Shown: one piece after another, positions 11,932-22,768 of the stretch | How the letters are laid out: every line of letters starts with the position of its first letter | How positions within the stretch are numbered: position 1 is the stretch's first letter | Origin: Orbicella franksi | Taxonomy: Eukaryota | DNA: 64,000 nucleotides | Reading direction: 5' to 3' | Assembly: GCA_964199315.1 (NCBI GenBank) | Contig: OZ116701.1 | Coordinates: forward strand, 15,996,001-16,060,000 | Program-made: the position numbers and the translations under genes | The notes under the pieces: generated by a model | What the model saw: the letters and a program-made list of their open reading frames with translations, nothing else | Databases searched by the model: none | Told to the model about the DNA's origin: nothing

Positions 11932-13727
11932 GAGGCCCTGCGCCTAAGAAACGACCGATGATTTCCGGCTAAAAAATAAAATCGGCCGATTTTTATCTCC
12001 CAAGTAGAGGTTACCGAATACTATTTAAAAATGAATTTCTTTTGTTTCAGTTTAGCTTTAAACCAAAAATATCGAGCCGCAAACTTTTTCCGTCTGATAG
12101 CAGCAAAATCAGGCCGAAAATCAGGCCCCGCAAAATACTGTTCAGAAATTACTATCGCAACGCAAAATAATGAGAAAACTACACAGTGTTGAAGAAAAAG
12201 GCCTTTTAATGCAATATCATTCGATAAACATAAAAAAACTGCCGAAGCGATTAAAAAATAACGTTTCAAATGTTGCATACTAAATTAGATGGAGCGTTGG
12301 AGTTGATTTTAAAATAATTATTTCTCAAAAGTCCAACGCTGTTGAAAGCAATCACAGTGATGAATTAGACATTGGAGGGATACACATCACGTTTCTGGAA
12401 AAACATTTTTCGGCCAAAGTATATTGATCTTGTACAAAGCGTTCGAAGTTACCGTGTTTACCGTTATCCTGCTACTTCGGCGAAACACTTCTCTTTTGCC
12501 AATACGGCCGTGGATAGCGTGTTAAACGCCACTTTAAACCTTGCTAGGCATTCAAAAACCATCCTGAGTAGAAGGATGTAGAATTGAAAGAGAAAGGAAG
12601 ATGAAAAATACGCAGAAAAAGAAAATAACTCGAAATTACCGTCTGCTAACGAAAGTTGAATCTGGAAAATGTCGTCGTGTGACAGCGGCCATTGACGTCA
12701 TTTGTCACGTCAAGTCGCAAGAGCGTGGGAAAACGAGTCTGCAATGTCCGGGCGGTCAGCGGCTAGGAATCCAGTCGTGACCCCATAACTCAGATCACGC
12801 TGCGGCCAAAACGGTGTGGCGGTTGGGGAAGTTTTTCTTTTTGAGTGACCATCATTGGTGAAAAATAACATAACATTGTTCCACTAAACGTTTTCTGGCC
12901 GGGAAAAATTGTTTCCCTATTTGTGCATTCGTTTGCATTCCGCCGCTATTTGTACAAATGATGTCAATGGCCGCTGTCACGCGACGACATTTTCCAGATT
13001 CAACTTTCGTTAGCAGATGGTAATTTCGAGTTATGTTCTTTTTCTGCGTATTTTTCATCTTCCTGTCTCTTTCAATTCTACGTCCTTCTACTCAGGATGG
13101 TTTTTGAATGCCTAGCAAGGTTTAAAATGGCGTTTAACACGCTATCCACGGCCGTATTGGCAAAAGAGAAGTGTTTCGCCGAAGTAGCAGGATAACGGTA
13201 AACACGGTAACTTTGAACGCTTTGTACAAGGTCAATATACTTTGGCCGAAAAATGTTTTTCCAGAGACGTGATGTGTATCCTTCCAATGTCTAATTCATC
13301 ACTGTGATTGCTTTCAAAAGCGTTGGACTTTTGAGAAATAATTATTTTAAAATCAGCTCCAACGCTCCATCTAATTTAGTATGCAACATTTGAAACGTTA
13401 TTTTTTAATCGCTTCGGCAGTTTTTTTATGTTTATCGAATGATATTGCATTAAAAGGCCTTTTTCTTCAACACTGTGTAGTTTTCTCATTATTTTGCGTT
13501 GCGATAGTAATTTCTGAACAGTATTTTGCGGGGCCTGATTTTCGGCCTGATTTTGCTGCTATCAGACGGAAAAAGTTTGCGGCTCGATATTTTTGGTTTA
13601 AAGCTAAACTGAAACAAAAGAAATTCATTTTTAAATAGTATTCGGTAACCTCTACTTGGGAGATAAAAATCGGCCGATTTTATTTTTTAGCCGGAAATCA
13701 TCGGTCGTTTCTTAGGCGCAGGGCCTC
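11932..13727. mobile_element. Non-autonomous foldback DNA element with 774-bp TIRs and TTAA TSD (Kolobok-like)
   Basis: TTAA-GAGGCCCTGCGCC...GGCGCAGGGCCTC-TTAA. Arms 11932-12705 and 12954-13727 are nearly identical around a 248-bp spacer. RR..YY ends; no transposase. Confidence 0.85.
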
Positions 13728-14310
13728 TTAAAGCTTTTGACACTGAAGCTTAATAAAAAAAAGTGGCGAACACGAAAACTGACCGATCTGGAATGACCTA
13801 CATCTCCCGCCAAATGCCTAAATAGGCCCTAAACGTCCCATAAGGCCCTGCAAACCGCTCCATCATGCCGTCAGAATAGTAATTTCTGACTAATTCGTTG
13901 ACACTCAATCGTAAGAAATTACATCTTGATTTTTGTTTTCATTTTGCAATGGAGTGGCTCTTTTGCATAACACAAATGTTGATTGCTTTGCATTTTATGT
14001 TTCGTGCTTGCAGGGAGTGGGTGTGATGTCCTCTACGCCTCTGTAATCCAGTCAAAACTGGAGACTTAAATGTTAGTGAGGAGTTTCATCTCGTGATATG
14101 TTTTGTAATGAGGCAGTTTACCTGACTGGTTGAAAAGAGGTTTAAATTAATTTGTCCATACATAGGATTTTCCGTGGATTAGTTGGAAAGTAGAATATCA
14201 CTTAGAGTTCATATAGACAAATGGATCGTTTTAGGATTTATCTGAATAAAGCCTAAGGGTTTATTATAGCCCTAACCCTAGGGATTTATTATATAAATCC
14301 ATCTTTATGT

Positions 14311-14550
14311 TACGAACTCACAAGGTGACCACCTCCAGTTGGCTAGATAGCTCAGTTGGTAGAGTACTGCAATGGTATCGCAGAGGTCATGGGTTCGTAT
14401 CCCGTTCAGGCCTAAAACAATTTTTTCAGGCTATAATTTCACAACTGCTCAAGTTGTGTGAATAACTGCGATGATCTGTTATATCTTCATATCATTTTTT
14501 GCAGTTCAAGTATATGATCTTTCATATATTTTCGTGTATTCTTCTCCTTC
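14311..14550 (+). repeat. tRNA-derived repeat unit (A/B boxes), with a second degraded unit at ~14987-15110
   Basis: TAGCTCAGTTGG...GGTTCGTATCC within ACGAACTCACAA..TGACCA..CCAGTTGGC. No credible anticodon arm. Relics also occur near 39640 and 53110. Confidence 0.7.
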
Positions 14551-14551
14551 C

Positions 14552-14617
14552 GCCGACCGGTTAGCTCAGTTGGTAGAGCGCCGGACTTCTGTGCGGGAAG
14601 TCTAGGGTTCGAGCCCA

Positions 14618-14658
<41 letters not shown>

Positions 14659-14986
14659 TGTGCTGCCTTTGTGATGACATCTGCAAATGGTTAGACATTC
14701 TAGTCTTCTCGGATAAGGACGATAAACCGTAGGCCCCGTCTCCTGCATCTTCACGGTTATGGTCAGCAGGGGACGTTAAAGAACCCACACACTTATCGCA
14801 AAGAGTAGGGCATGGAGTTCCCGGTGTTGTGGCCTGGTCTTGTTCCGAAATTACATTGGGGGCATCTGTAAAAATAAATCCTCATTCGTTGTAAACTGCT
14901 CAATTGCAGTCTGTCTAAGACCCCCGCAAAGTGTTGTAAAGCGCATTGAGCATATGGAAATGCGCTATATAAATACCGTCATTATT
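14552..14986 (+). mobile_element. Full-length tRNA-derived SINE with Deu/Nin-like central domain and L2-like 3' tail
   Basis: Head has A box TAGCTCAGTTGG and B box GGTTCGAGCCC. The centre CGGATAAGGACGATAAACCGTAGGCCCCGTCT...GACGTTAAAGAACCC resembles the Deu domain. Tail reads GTAAAGCGC..TGAG..GCGCTATATAAAT..ATTATT. Confidence 0.8.
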
Positions 14987-16915
14987 CTGCGGGTAGATTA
15001 CGAACTCACGAAGTGACCAGCTCCCAGCTGGCTTGACAGCTCAGTTGGTAGAGCACTGCACCGCTATCGCAGAGGTCATGGATTTAAATCCCTTTCAGGT
15101 CTGAATTTTTGGCACCTTGCTCCAGGATATTTGATTGTATCACCATGGCGATAGAAATGGTGGGTAAAAAATGAAAAATTAAGGGGAAAAAAATGATAGG
15201 ATAAGAGACTCGAGTGTAATCATAGCATTCCCTCCGACCAATAACAGTGAACTCAGATTATCCATTGAATCAACAATCCTTTAAATTCGAAGCAAATACC
15301 TTTAGCCGGCATGAGACGCGAGAAAAAGTGACCTAGTGAGTCTGGTTCCCGCAGATATATTCAAAGGAGTGGACAATGTTATCCCCTAGGTAGCACGCTA
15401 CTTAGCAGATGGCGTAGTTTGTTTCGGCAACACTTGTCCACTGAATTTCGATTTGTCCAGTCGATAACGTTATCCACCCTTTGAACAACTGGCTCATATT
15501 GGATGACAGAGTCGCGTGAATTCCTTGTTAATTGTTTAGCGTTGAAATGCAAAAGCAAACAAAATGTGAATTACTTTGCACCTAAGGGAAAACAGCTCTA
15601 CAGAAATAAAAACTTGATTGACACATGAATGTAACTGCTTTTAAAGCCTATTTCCGTATGATCGTTGGCGATCACTACAGAAAAAAAAGAAAAGTAAGCG
15701 ATCCTTGCGAACTCCGGGTTTCATAAATGATCGGCACGACTACTACAGTCGAAATAGAACTAGGAGTGCGTTTGGTGCTAGTCTGACGCGGTGTTTCGTC
15801 TCGGCCAAGATACTCTTCAGAGATCTTTAGAGTTCATAGGCAAAATTCGTTGAGCATCACGCCCAAAGTCCCGTTCGCAAATTGTTAATGTTGACAATCT
15901 GACCCTCTATCGCAAAAGGTTGGGAATCCTTCTGAGATAGAGGACCAGAATCCAATCTAAGATTTTCTTAAAGAAGCACACCCTAAGTCTGTCTCACCAG
16001 TCATTGTCGCAGAAGAGTGGTTTCCATATGATTACAGTAATTGCTGAACCCTTTTTTTTGCAGCGATCGCAGCGTTCTTACGGAAGCTAACCTTAACGTA
16101 TAGTTTAGGCTAAATAGTCAAGCTTGTCAGTGGACAATTTTCCCCAGACTAAAAGTTCCAGTCGCTTATTTTTGGCTTAGACTTTTCCTTTGTATATTTG
16201 CTCACCTTAGTAAATTTTTGAGTTGATTTTATCTTTATCGAAAAAAAAAATGATCAGGTATTTACAAACTGTTTGTAAGCTTTTCAAAATTCCGTTAGTT
16301 AATCACATACAGAATGTTCCAGGTATTGTAACAACCGTCGTTGCACCGAAAAGTTTTACCCGCCGTATCACATTATTCAACCCGCAATAATTCTTTATAA
16401 CGGAATTGGCGAAAACAAGGATTGGCCTTTGGGTTAATTGTTAGTCCATAAAGACCATAACTACTAATAAATTTTAATAATGATGGTGACTTACTAAACT
16501 CTAGTTAGGTTTAGCAAGAGAATAGTAAATCAACGTGCTAGCTTTCCATCTGAATTCATGTTTACGCATGAAATTGACAGTTTCATACAGTCTACGCCTG
16601 GGTCACAATGCATACTGCAGGAGTCATATCTGACAATATCTGCTTTTGGACCTTGGCAATGAGTGAGAAATTGAGTGTAAAGTTCGAGGTACTCACTGGC
16701 GCGCTATTTCGCAATCAAAATTGTTCAAACCATGTGTTAGTGAACTTTTAAACAGCCCTCCCGGCTGTTCTTCACTTCCTTTCTTAACGTTATTCAATAA
16801 CTCAAAGCATGTCACCGGTTGTTGTCGTAACCAGCTGCAGTTTATTTGTACTGCTTCATTACATTACTACGTAAGTCTATATATAGCCCTAACCGTTTTC
16901 CAAAACCAATATTTT

Positions 16916-17048
16916 NNNNNNNNNNNNNNNNNNNNNNNNNNNNNNNNNNNNNNNNNNNNNNNNNNNNNNNNNNNNNNNNNNNNNNNNNNNNNNNNNNNNN
17001 NNNNNNNNNNNNNNNNNNNNNNNNNNNNNNNNNNNNNNNNNNNNNNNN
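16916..17048. other. Assembly gap (133 N)
   Basis: Run of N. Confidence 1.
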
Positions 17049-17307
17049 CACACAATAAAATTTCAATGTACAGTAAAAATACTTTGATAGGGCGTGGAGA
17101 GCTAAAAAACAACCAGGCTTACAGCAGAGGCCATCTCAGTCGTTAACATATATGATTTAAATTTTTAGCCTCGTTTGGGCACTTTTTTTTAATGATATTT
17201 AATCATATTTATCTTAACCCTTGGAAGGTTTGGTAAACAAGGCAAAGTAATTATAAGCTGGATGCGATGAATGTTGCGTATCATGTTACAGATTGAAAAT
17301 TTTCAAA

Positions 17308-17609
17308 TAGAGCGGTTTTCAATAGCCCTTTTCAAGGTTAGGTTTTCTCATTTGTATTACAATGTAATCCAATGTGAATGCGACGTCGCAATGTCGAGCT
17401 GAAAATTTAAAAACCCCGAAATTGCCTTATACGCATGCCAGATTATGTTGCAAAGCAAATGAGAAAAGTTAACCGTGAAAGGGGCCATTGAAACCAAACT
17501 CAAACCAACTACTTTCCAATTAGATTACTCAACAAATCTCAAAGCTTAGTTAAACCAAGACCAAAGTAATTGCCTAATTACTTTCGACACTCAATTGAAA
17601 AGTGCTCTA
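17308..17609. mobile_element. Short TIR element (TAGAGCGGTTTTCAAT / ATTGAAAAGTGCTCTA)
   Basis: Imperfect terminal inverted repeat, probably with another small element nested at ~17327-17490. Confidence 0.5.
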
Positions 17610-17764
17610 TAAACGTCACAGATGCAATCATTCAATGACGTATCCATTTTGCAACCTACACGGTGGGAGAGGTAGTCACAGTGCCACTAGTGATTTCAAG
17701 TTGGCCTTTTTGAGTCTTTGTCAATGAACGAGTCCAACATTATGATTCATATTTCTCCTCCGTT

Positions 17765-17836
17765 TTAAGTTGGACACTCCCAGTAGTGAATGTAACAATA
17801 CATACGGGAGTCCCCTTTAGCCTGGGTACCCTTGCA
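17765..17836 (-). pseudogene. Orphan 3' remnant of the last exon of an additional paralog
   Basis: Translates CKGTQAKGDSRMYCYIHYWECPT*. It is fused directly to the G2 3' flank; the upstream part of the exon is absent. Confidence 0.85.
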
Positions 17837-18087
17837 TCTATTAGAAAAAGACCAGATTGTTCCTAGCATCTGCCAAGAGCTAAATTGAACCACAACATAT
17901 CTAATAAGAAAGGTATTTGTACACACGTAATGATCGCGATTGTCAGTTTTGGATAAATTATGGTTTTACAAATGCTACGACTATGTGTAACACATTGCAG
18001 TGGCTCGTCACTTAAAAGGTAGTAATCAAGAGAAGCTGCTACCACCGCGCCTGGATTGAATTACTTCCTCTGTCAGTTCACGATTAG

Positions 18088-18258
18088 TTATGTTGGACAC
18101 TCCCAGTAGTGAATGTAACAATGCATCTGGGAGTCCCCACTAGACAGAGTACCCTTGCATGTACACGTGTATTTTCTTTATCCACCAGATGTGCTGCTCG
18201 AAAGTGTCGCAAATTTTGCGTCATTCGAGTCACAGTTAACACCAAGAAACTTCTTACC
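18088..18258 (-). pseudogene. G2 last exon (Cys-rich domain) with premature stop
   Basis: CAG|GKKFLGVNCDSNDAKFATLSSSTSGG*RKYTCTCKGTLSSGDSQMHCYIHYWECPT*. TAA at 18180-18178 stands where all paralogs encode Lys. Confidence 0.88.
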
Positions 18259-18378
18259 CTGCAACATATAAAATATAGTCGATGAAGTTAATAAAAAGGG
18301 AATTTATTTAACATATTACATAATTTCATGTTTCATAGGGAAAAAGCCAGACTTTACTATAATTACTTTTAAACCTAC

Positions 18379-18863
18379 ATTTGGTTCAGTTTTTTGGACG
18401 ACCGCTCTAGCATACACATCCGAGGTTTTGCCAGCGCTGGATCCTTTTACGTAAGAACAAAGTGTCAGATTGCTAGAGCCAGGTGATCCGGGAGGTCCCT
18501 GAGTACCTGGTGATCCAGGAGATCCTAGAAGGCCGTGTGTACCATTGTATCCTGGTGGTCCAAGAGGTCCAGGAGGTCCAGGAAAGCCCTGGTTGCCATT
18601 GTATCCTGGTGGTCCAGGAGGTCCAGGAAGGCCCTGGGTACCATTGTATCCTTGTGGTCCAGGAGGTCCAGGAAGGCCCTGGGTACCATTGTATCCTGGT
18701 AGTCCAGGAAGGCTCTGGTTACCATTGTATCCTGGAGGTCCAGGAGGTCCAGGAAGGCCCTGGGTACCATTGTATCCTGGTGGTTCAGGAAGTCCAGGAG
18801 GACCCTGGGTACCATTGAATCCTGGCGGTCCTTTGGGACCTGGAATCTTAGTTGCGTTGATAA
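18379..18863 (-). CDS. G2 collagen exon (41 triplets including two Gly substitutions) plus start of the Cys-rich domain
   Basis: Open frame (V)[19 protein letters not shown]...[37 protein letters not shown]|GTAGGT. Branch point ACTAAC; the only AG acceptor is phase 1 (CCAAG|TT). Confidence 0.85.
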
Positions 18864-20725
18864 CTTGGATGATACAAGGAAATTTGTTAGTGGCACTCGC
18901 AGAGCAGAGAGGCTACGGCCGCCTCTCGTCCCTGAGTGTCACTAGGTAATCAAGGATTAAGACGATTATCCAGCTGGTAAAGCAAGCGAACGTGCAAAGT
19001 AGACAAGCACTCGAAGCAAGCTAGGAAGCAAATCCAGATAACAAGCTGGAAAGCAAACAAACAAGCAAGCAAGCCTTGCAGAACGTAATCAAATAAAGAA
19101 GGTACACGAGAAAGCAAGCAAAAAAGTAAACAAGTAAGGAAACACTAAAATACACACAGCGTTGAGGCAACCTCTAAGGGAATTAGCTGTCGCCACAACA
19201 CTCTGTGAAATTGACCCCTGGCTCACTTCCCGTCCAGCTGATTTCTTGTTGAACACAAGATAACACTGATTACAACTCAACTCTCCTACAATTTATTTCT
19301 CTGATCTTGCTCACGAACCATCAGTCAAATATCAAAGTAACGCTTTCTAGTAATTTAATGCAAGGATTTGCGCAGTTCATATGAATTGAAGGTACAATTG
19401 CGGATAAGGTATTAATTTGCATATTTTCTTTTTTACCATGGAAGCACTATGGAAACTGTTTTCTTTCCAAGTTTGTACCATATTTCTTGGTCACGGTCCG
19501 ATCAAAGCAACGGTAAGCAAGCAATAAAAATTGCAAAGATCATTTTAACCTTATAAAATTGAATTAATCAACAAAATTATACAAAAAACCTTAAAGATTA
19601 AACTTCAGATAAACGCTAATTTTTAGTTAAGTGTTTTCTCCTGGATTCACCTGCGTCTCGCGTTGATCGCGGGCCACTTAACAGTGACGAAAGATTGTTT
19701 GTGACGTCATCGTGTTTTGGCTGCCCACTCAGTATGTAAATGGTACTCCCTCAAAAAGGCGTTTCTCATGCGCCCCTCACTACTACAATGTTTGTAGAAA
19801 AGTGTTCAAAGTTATTTATCAGTGGAGTGGAATGGTATTACTTCAATATGGACTGTGAAGATAAAAGCCAACCAAAAACAATCCAAAATAGAAAGGCAGG
19901 CAGTTCCATGAAAGGTGGCGTAACTTGTTTTTAGATTAGGTCAAAAACGGCAACTGATGAAGTGCAATTTAATGCCAATAACAATTTGTCTCTAGGTTTT
20001 GTTGTCAAGGGAAAACTTGAGAAAGCAATCACGGCAAAACATCGGCTCCTTATATCGGAACTTATACCACAAGCAAAACTGCAAGCAAGCAAACAGAACG
20101 CAAGAAATCAAGCATTTATGTATTACAAGTACTGAGAATATCCTGGTGATGTGTGTTGTTGTTGTGTATATCATTACTGCGTGGAACGAGTTAAAAAGTT
20201 ACTGATGTTTCTGTAACCTATATGTTCCCTTAAAAATTTGAATGGCCCATTGCTCTGCATGTTTTCTCAATGAAAATGCAATATTTCAGTGATTGGGTTA
20301 AGCCCGTACCCGAGCTCGTCATGGCCTTTGAAAAGTAAGCAAACCGTTACTGCTTTACTTTGGCGCAGTTTTAGTAAATTCTCATTTGTACCTTTCGATC
20401 AAGCTGAACGATTTCTTGTTGCACGTGTATTAGTTTTTCGTTTATACTTGCGTTCACTGCAGGTAAAAGGGCTGATAGACTGTCGATCCTTTTGGATGAA
20501 GTCTGTATTGCCAGCCACAGCTCTATTGCATTCTTTTCCTAAGACAAAAAGAAAAAGAAACACCTTACCTTCTAACACCATAGCACCTTAGGCTTCTACT
20601 CGGTTTTAGCTCTTCCGATCCCGGATATAAGTCCCCCCCCCCCCCCCCCCTCGCCGCCCACCGCTCCGACGAAAACCTGAAACTTATTGTAATTTCGCAG
20701 CAGATCTTGAAATAACTAGTGAGTA

Positions 20726-21307
20726 CAGTGAAACCTCTATTAAGCGGACCCCCAATTAAGCGGGGACTTACCCTGGTCCCGAAATAGACTAATTTGGATA
20801 TACTAAAATTCAGCCTAAAACAACAGACGAGTACGAGGATCTGGGGAATTGAATACAGAGTTTGTGGGATTTATTGCCCAGAGCCTCGTTCTGAGGTCTA
20901 TTGTGTTAGGCTGAATTTTAATATATCGAAATTGGTCTATTAATGTGTTATATTTCCCTCTATTACGAACCCCTGTTCAGCGGACACCTCTATTAAGCGG
21001 ACGCGGGTACTAAAATAAATTGTATTTGGCTAATTTCTATTGTTGAAACCTTTATCAAGTGGGCACCGGACTGAATTGACGATGTGGCATTAGATTTCGT
21101 CTTTGAAATAGTCGATTAAATGTCCCCGTATTATCGTTGCTGTATGGAAAGGGCATTATTACAAACAATTTAAGTTGGTAATGGAACTTAATTAAAGTAC
21201 AGGGGAACCGTTGAATGTTAACACCTAACAAACATTGCGCAATTGTTATAAACCTTTTTTAAGCGGACACCCTCTATTAAGCGGACACTTGGGAAGAGGT
21301 TTCATTG
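20726..21307. mobile_element. Tc1/mariner-like MITE, paralog of 2892-3362
   Basis: Same termini; contains a nested insertion at 20786-20938. Confidence 0.65.
20786..20938. mobile_element. 153-bp MITE with AT TSD (ISL2EU-like)
   Basis: AT-AGACTAATTTGGATATACTAAAATTCAGCCTAA...TTAGGCTGAATTTTAATATATCGAAATTGGTCT-AT. The empty site GAAATTAACG is present at ~2947. Confidence 0.75.
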
Positions 21308-22541
21308 TTTTTTAAAAGTGAGACTCGCCAATGATCATAACTATCAATAGCTACCTGATTTGTGTCTGAAGATGTGCTGGATTTATTGCAATTTGCAGAA
21401 GAAATACTTCCTTCAATCTTGTTCATCTGAAATAAACCATGTCTTTTTAGTTTTTCCAAGAATTATACATAGGATATAAAAACGTAAAAAGAGCTAAATT
21501 TAAGTAATGATACTTATGTATGCTGTAAAAATACTGTGAAAACACATTTTGCAAATTAAATGAAACGGTGAAAGGAAAGTCAATCTTTGATTTGCTCTGC
21601 TGAAATCCGATCCAAGCCTTTGGGAAGATTTGACAAGTGAGCAGACTCTTCATGTTAATTTTTGGAACGATATGGATCAACCCCAGTCTCTGTCATGTTT
21701 GTGGCAAAAAGAAAAAGCTTTTTTTTTTCTTCTGTTTATTCATGGTTTACGTGCTCAGCGCAATATGCAGATGGAAGTGTCACATCTTACTAATATACTC
21801 ACTCTGATTCTGAGATTCTCCAGCTCTGCCGACATCTGCAAGAAATGGGAAAAAATAATAATAAAGTAAAAAAGACCAACGATTAAGTGTGACAAAAATA
21901 AATAAGCTGTTACTTTTTCGATTGAACCAAGATTATTTGAATATACAGCGATCTTTAAATTCCTTTTAACCTCAACTTTTTAGCAATGATTAGGATCCAT
22001 TTTTGTGTTATTTTTAGTTATTTTCTGTATTTAGTGGTGCCAATCATCTACTGACGAACAAAATCGAATCTTGTTATTTTTCAACGCGCGTTTTATCTTG
22101 CGAATCTCGGTCTTTAACCTCATGTAAGCGTAGCTAAATAAATCACAGTCATCGATTATCTTAGAGATCAGATTTTCCCGTAAAGCTGCGGTTCACCCTG
22201 TAAAAAAGAGAAGTTAAAGAGAACAACGAGAGTGAAACAGGTCTTTGCCAATGTCATCCTACCAGAGATTGGCTGTCCTTGATTTCCTACAGTTCGGATG
22301 CCAGGTCTGAATTGTTTTCTTTCATTACCTTCAGCTTGGAGGCCAGGTTTGCCCCTAAGATTCGGTAAAAGAAGAGAGAAAAAAAAATGAACATTAAAAA
22401 AAGTAAGCATAGAAATAAGCAAATGGGCGAACAAACAGATGGGTAGCGGCAATTATCGGGTGAAGGTGATGTTGGCTTTGTTTTGTGACTTCGGGGAAAA
22501 CGGCTGCGAAGGAGACTATTCGCCGAGTGACTTGCGCTTAT

Positions 22542-22544
<3 letters not shown>

Positions 22545-22592
<48 letters not shown>
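22545..22592. repeat. (TA)n microsatellite, left flank of the PLE
   Basis: Read directly. Confidence 0.95.
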
Positions 22593-22596
<4 letters not shown>

Positions 22597-22635
22597 TTAA
22601 ATGTAGTTCAGGACTTCAGGAGTGATTCATCGTTT

Positions 22636-22691
22636 TATTGCTACAGACCTGTTTCGTATGGTCAACAAGTGACCACACTCATCAGGTAACA
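22636..22691 (-). ncRNA. Type I hammerhead ribozyme motif (pLTR, minus copy)
   Basis: Reverse complement of 25388-25443 with one stem I substitution (TTAC for TTGC). Confidence 0.7.
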
Positions 22692-22768
22692 TCAACGAAT
22701 GACCGGTTAATTTAAATGCTGGCGGTTAAATACAAATTCAAATAGTTGCTATGGTGCTGATTATTGCG

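Noticed and set aside
12021-13638. Two identical 85-aa ORFs on opposite strands, plus 69-aa twins
   Set aside because: A consequence of the long TIRs; no transposase or other recognisable motif.
14341-14625. tRNA genes
   Set aside because: A and B boxes are present, but there is no convincing cloverleaf or anticodon arm and both continue into repeat bodies; they are SINE or repeat heads.
18483-18949. Plus-strand PGGPG-rich ORFs and the minus-strand off-frame ORF (also 54178-54369, 40578-40826, 54068-54316)
   Set aside because: Antisense or off-frame shadows of the collagen exons.
19125-19250. Possible phase 1-1 spacer exon for G2 (ESAGREVSQGSISQSVVATANSLR)
   Set aside because: Weak acceptor and poor donor (GTTGCC), with no paralog support; not called.
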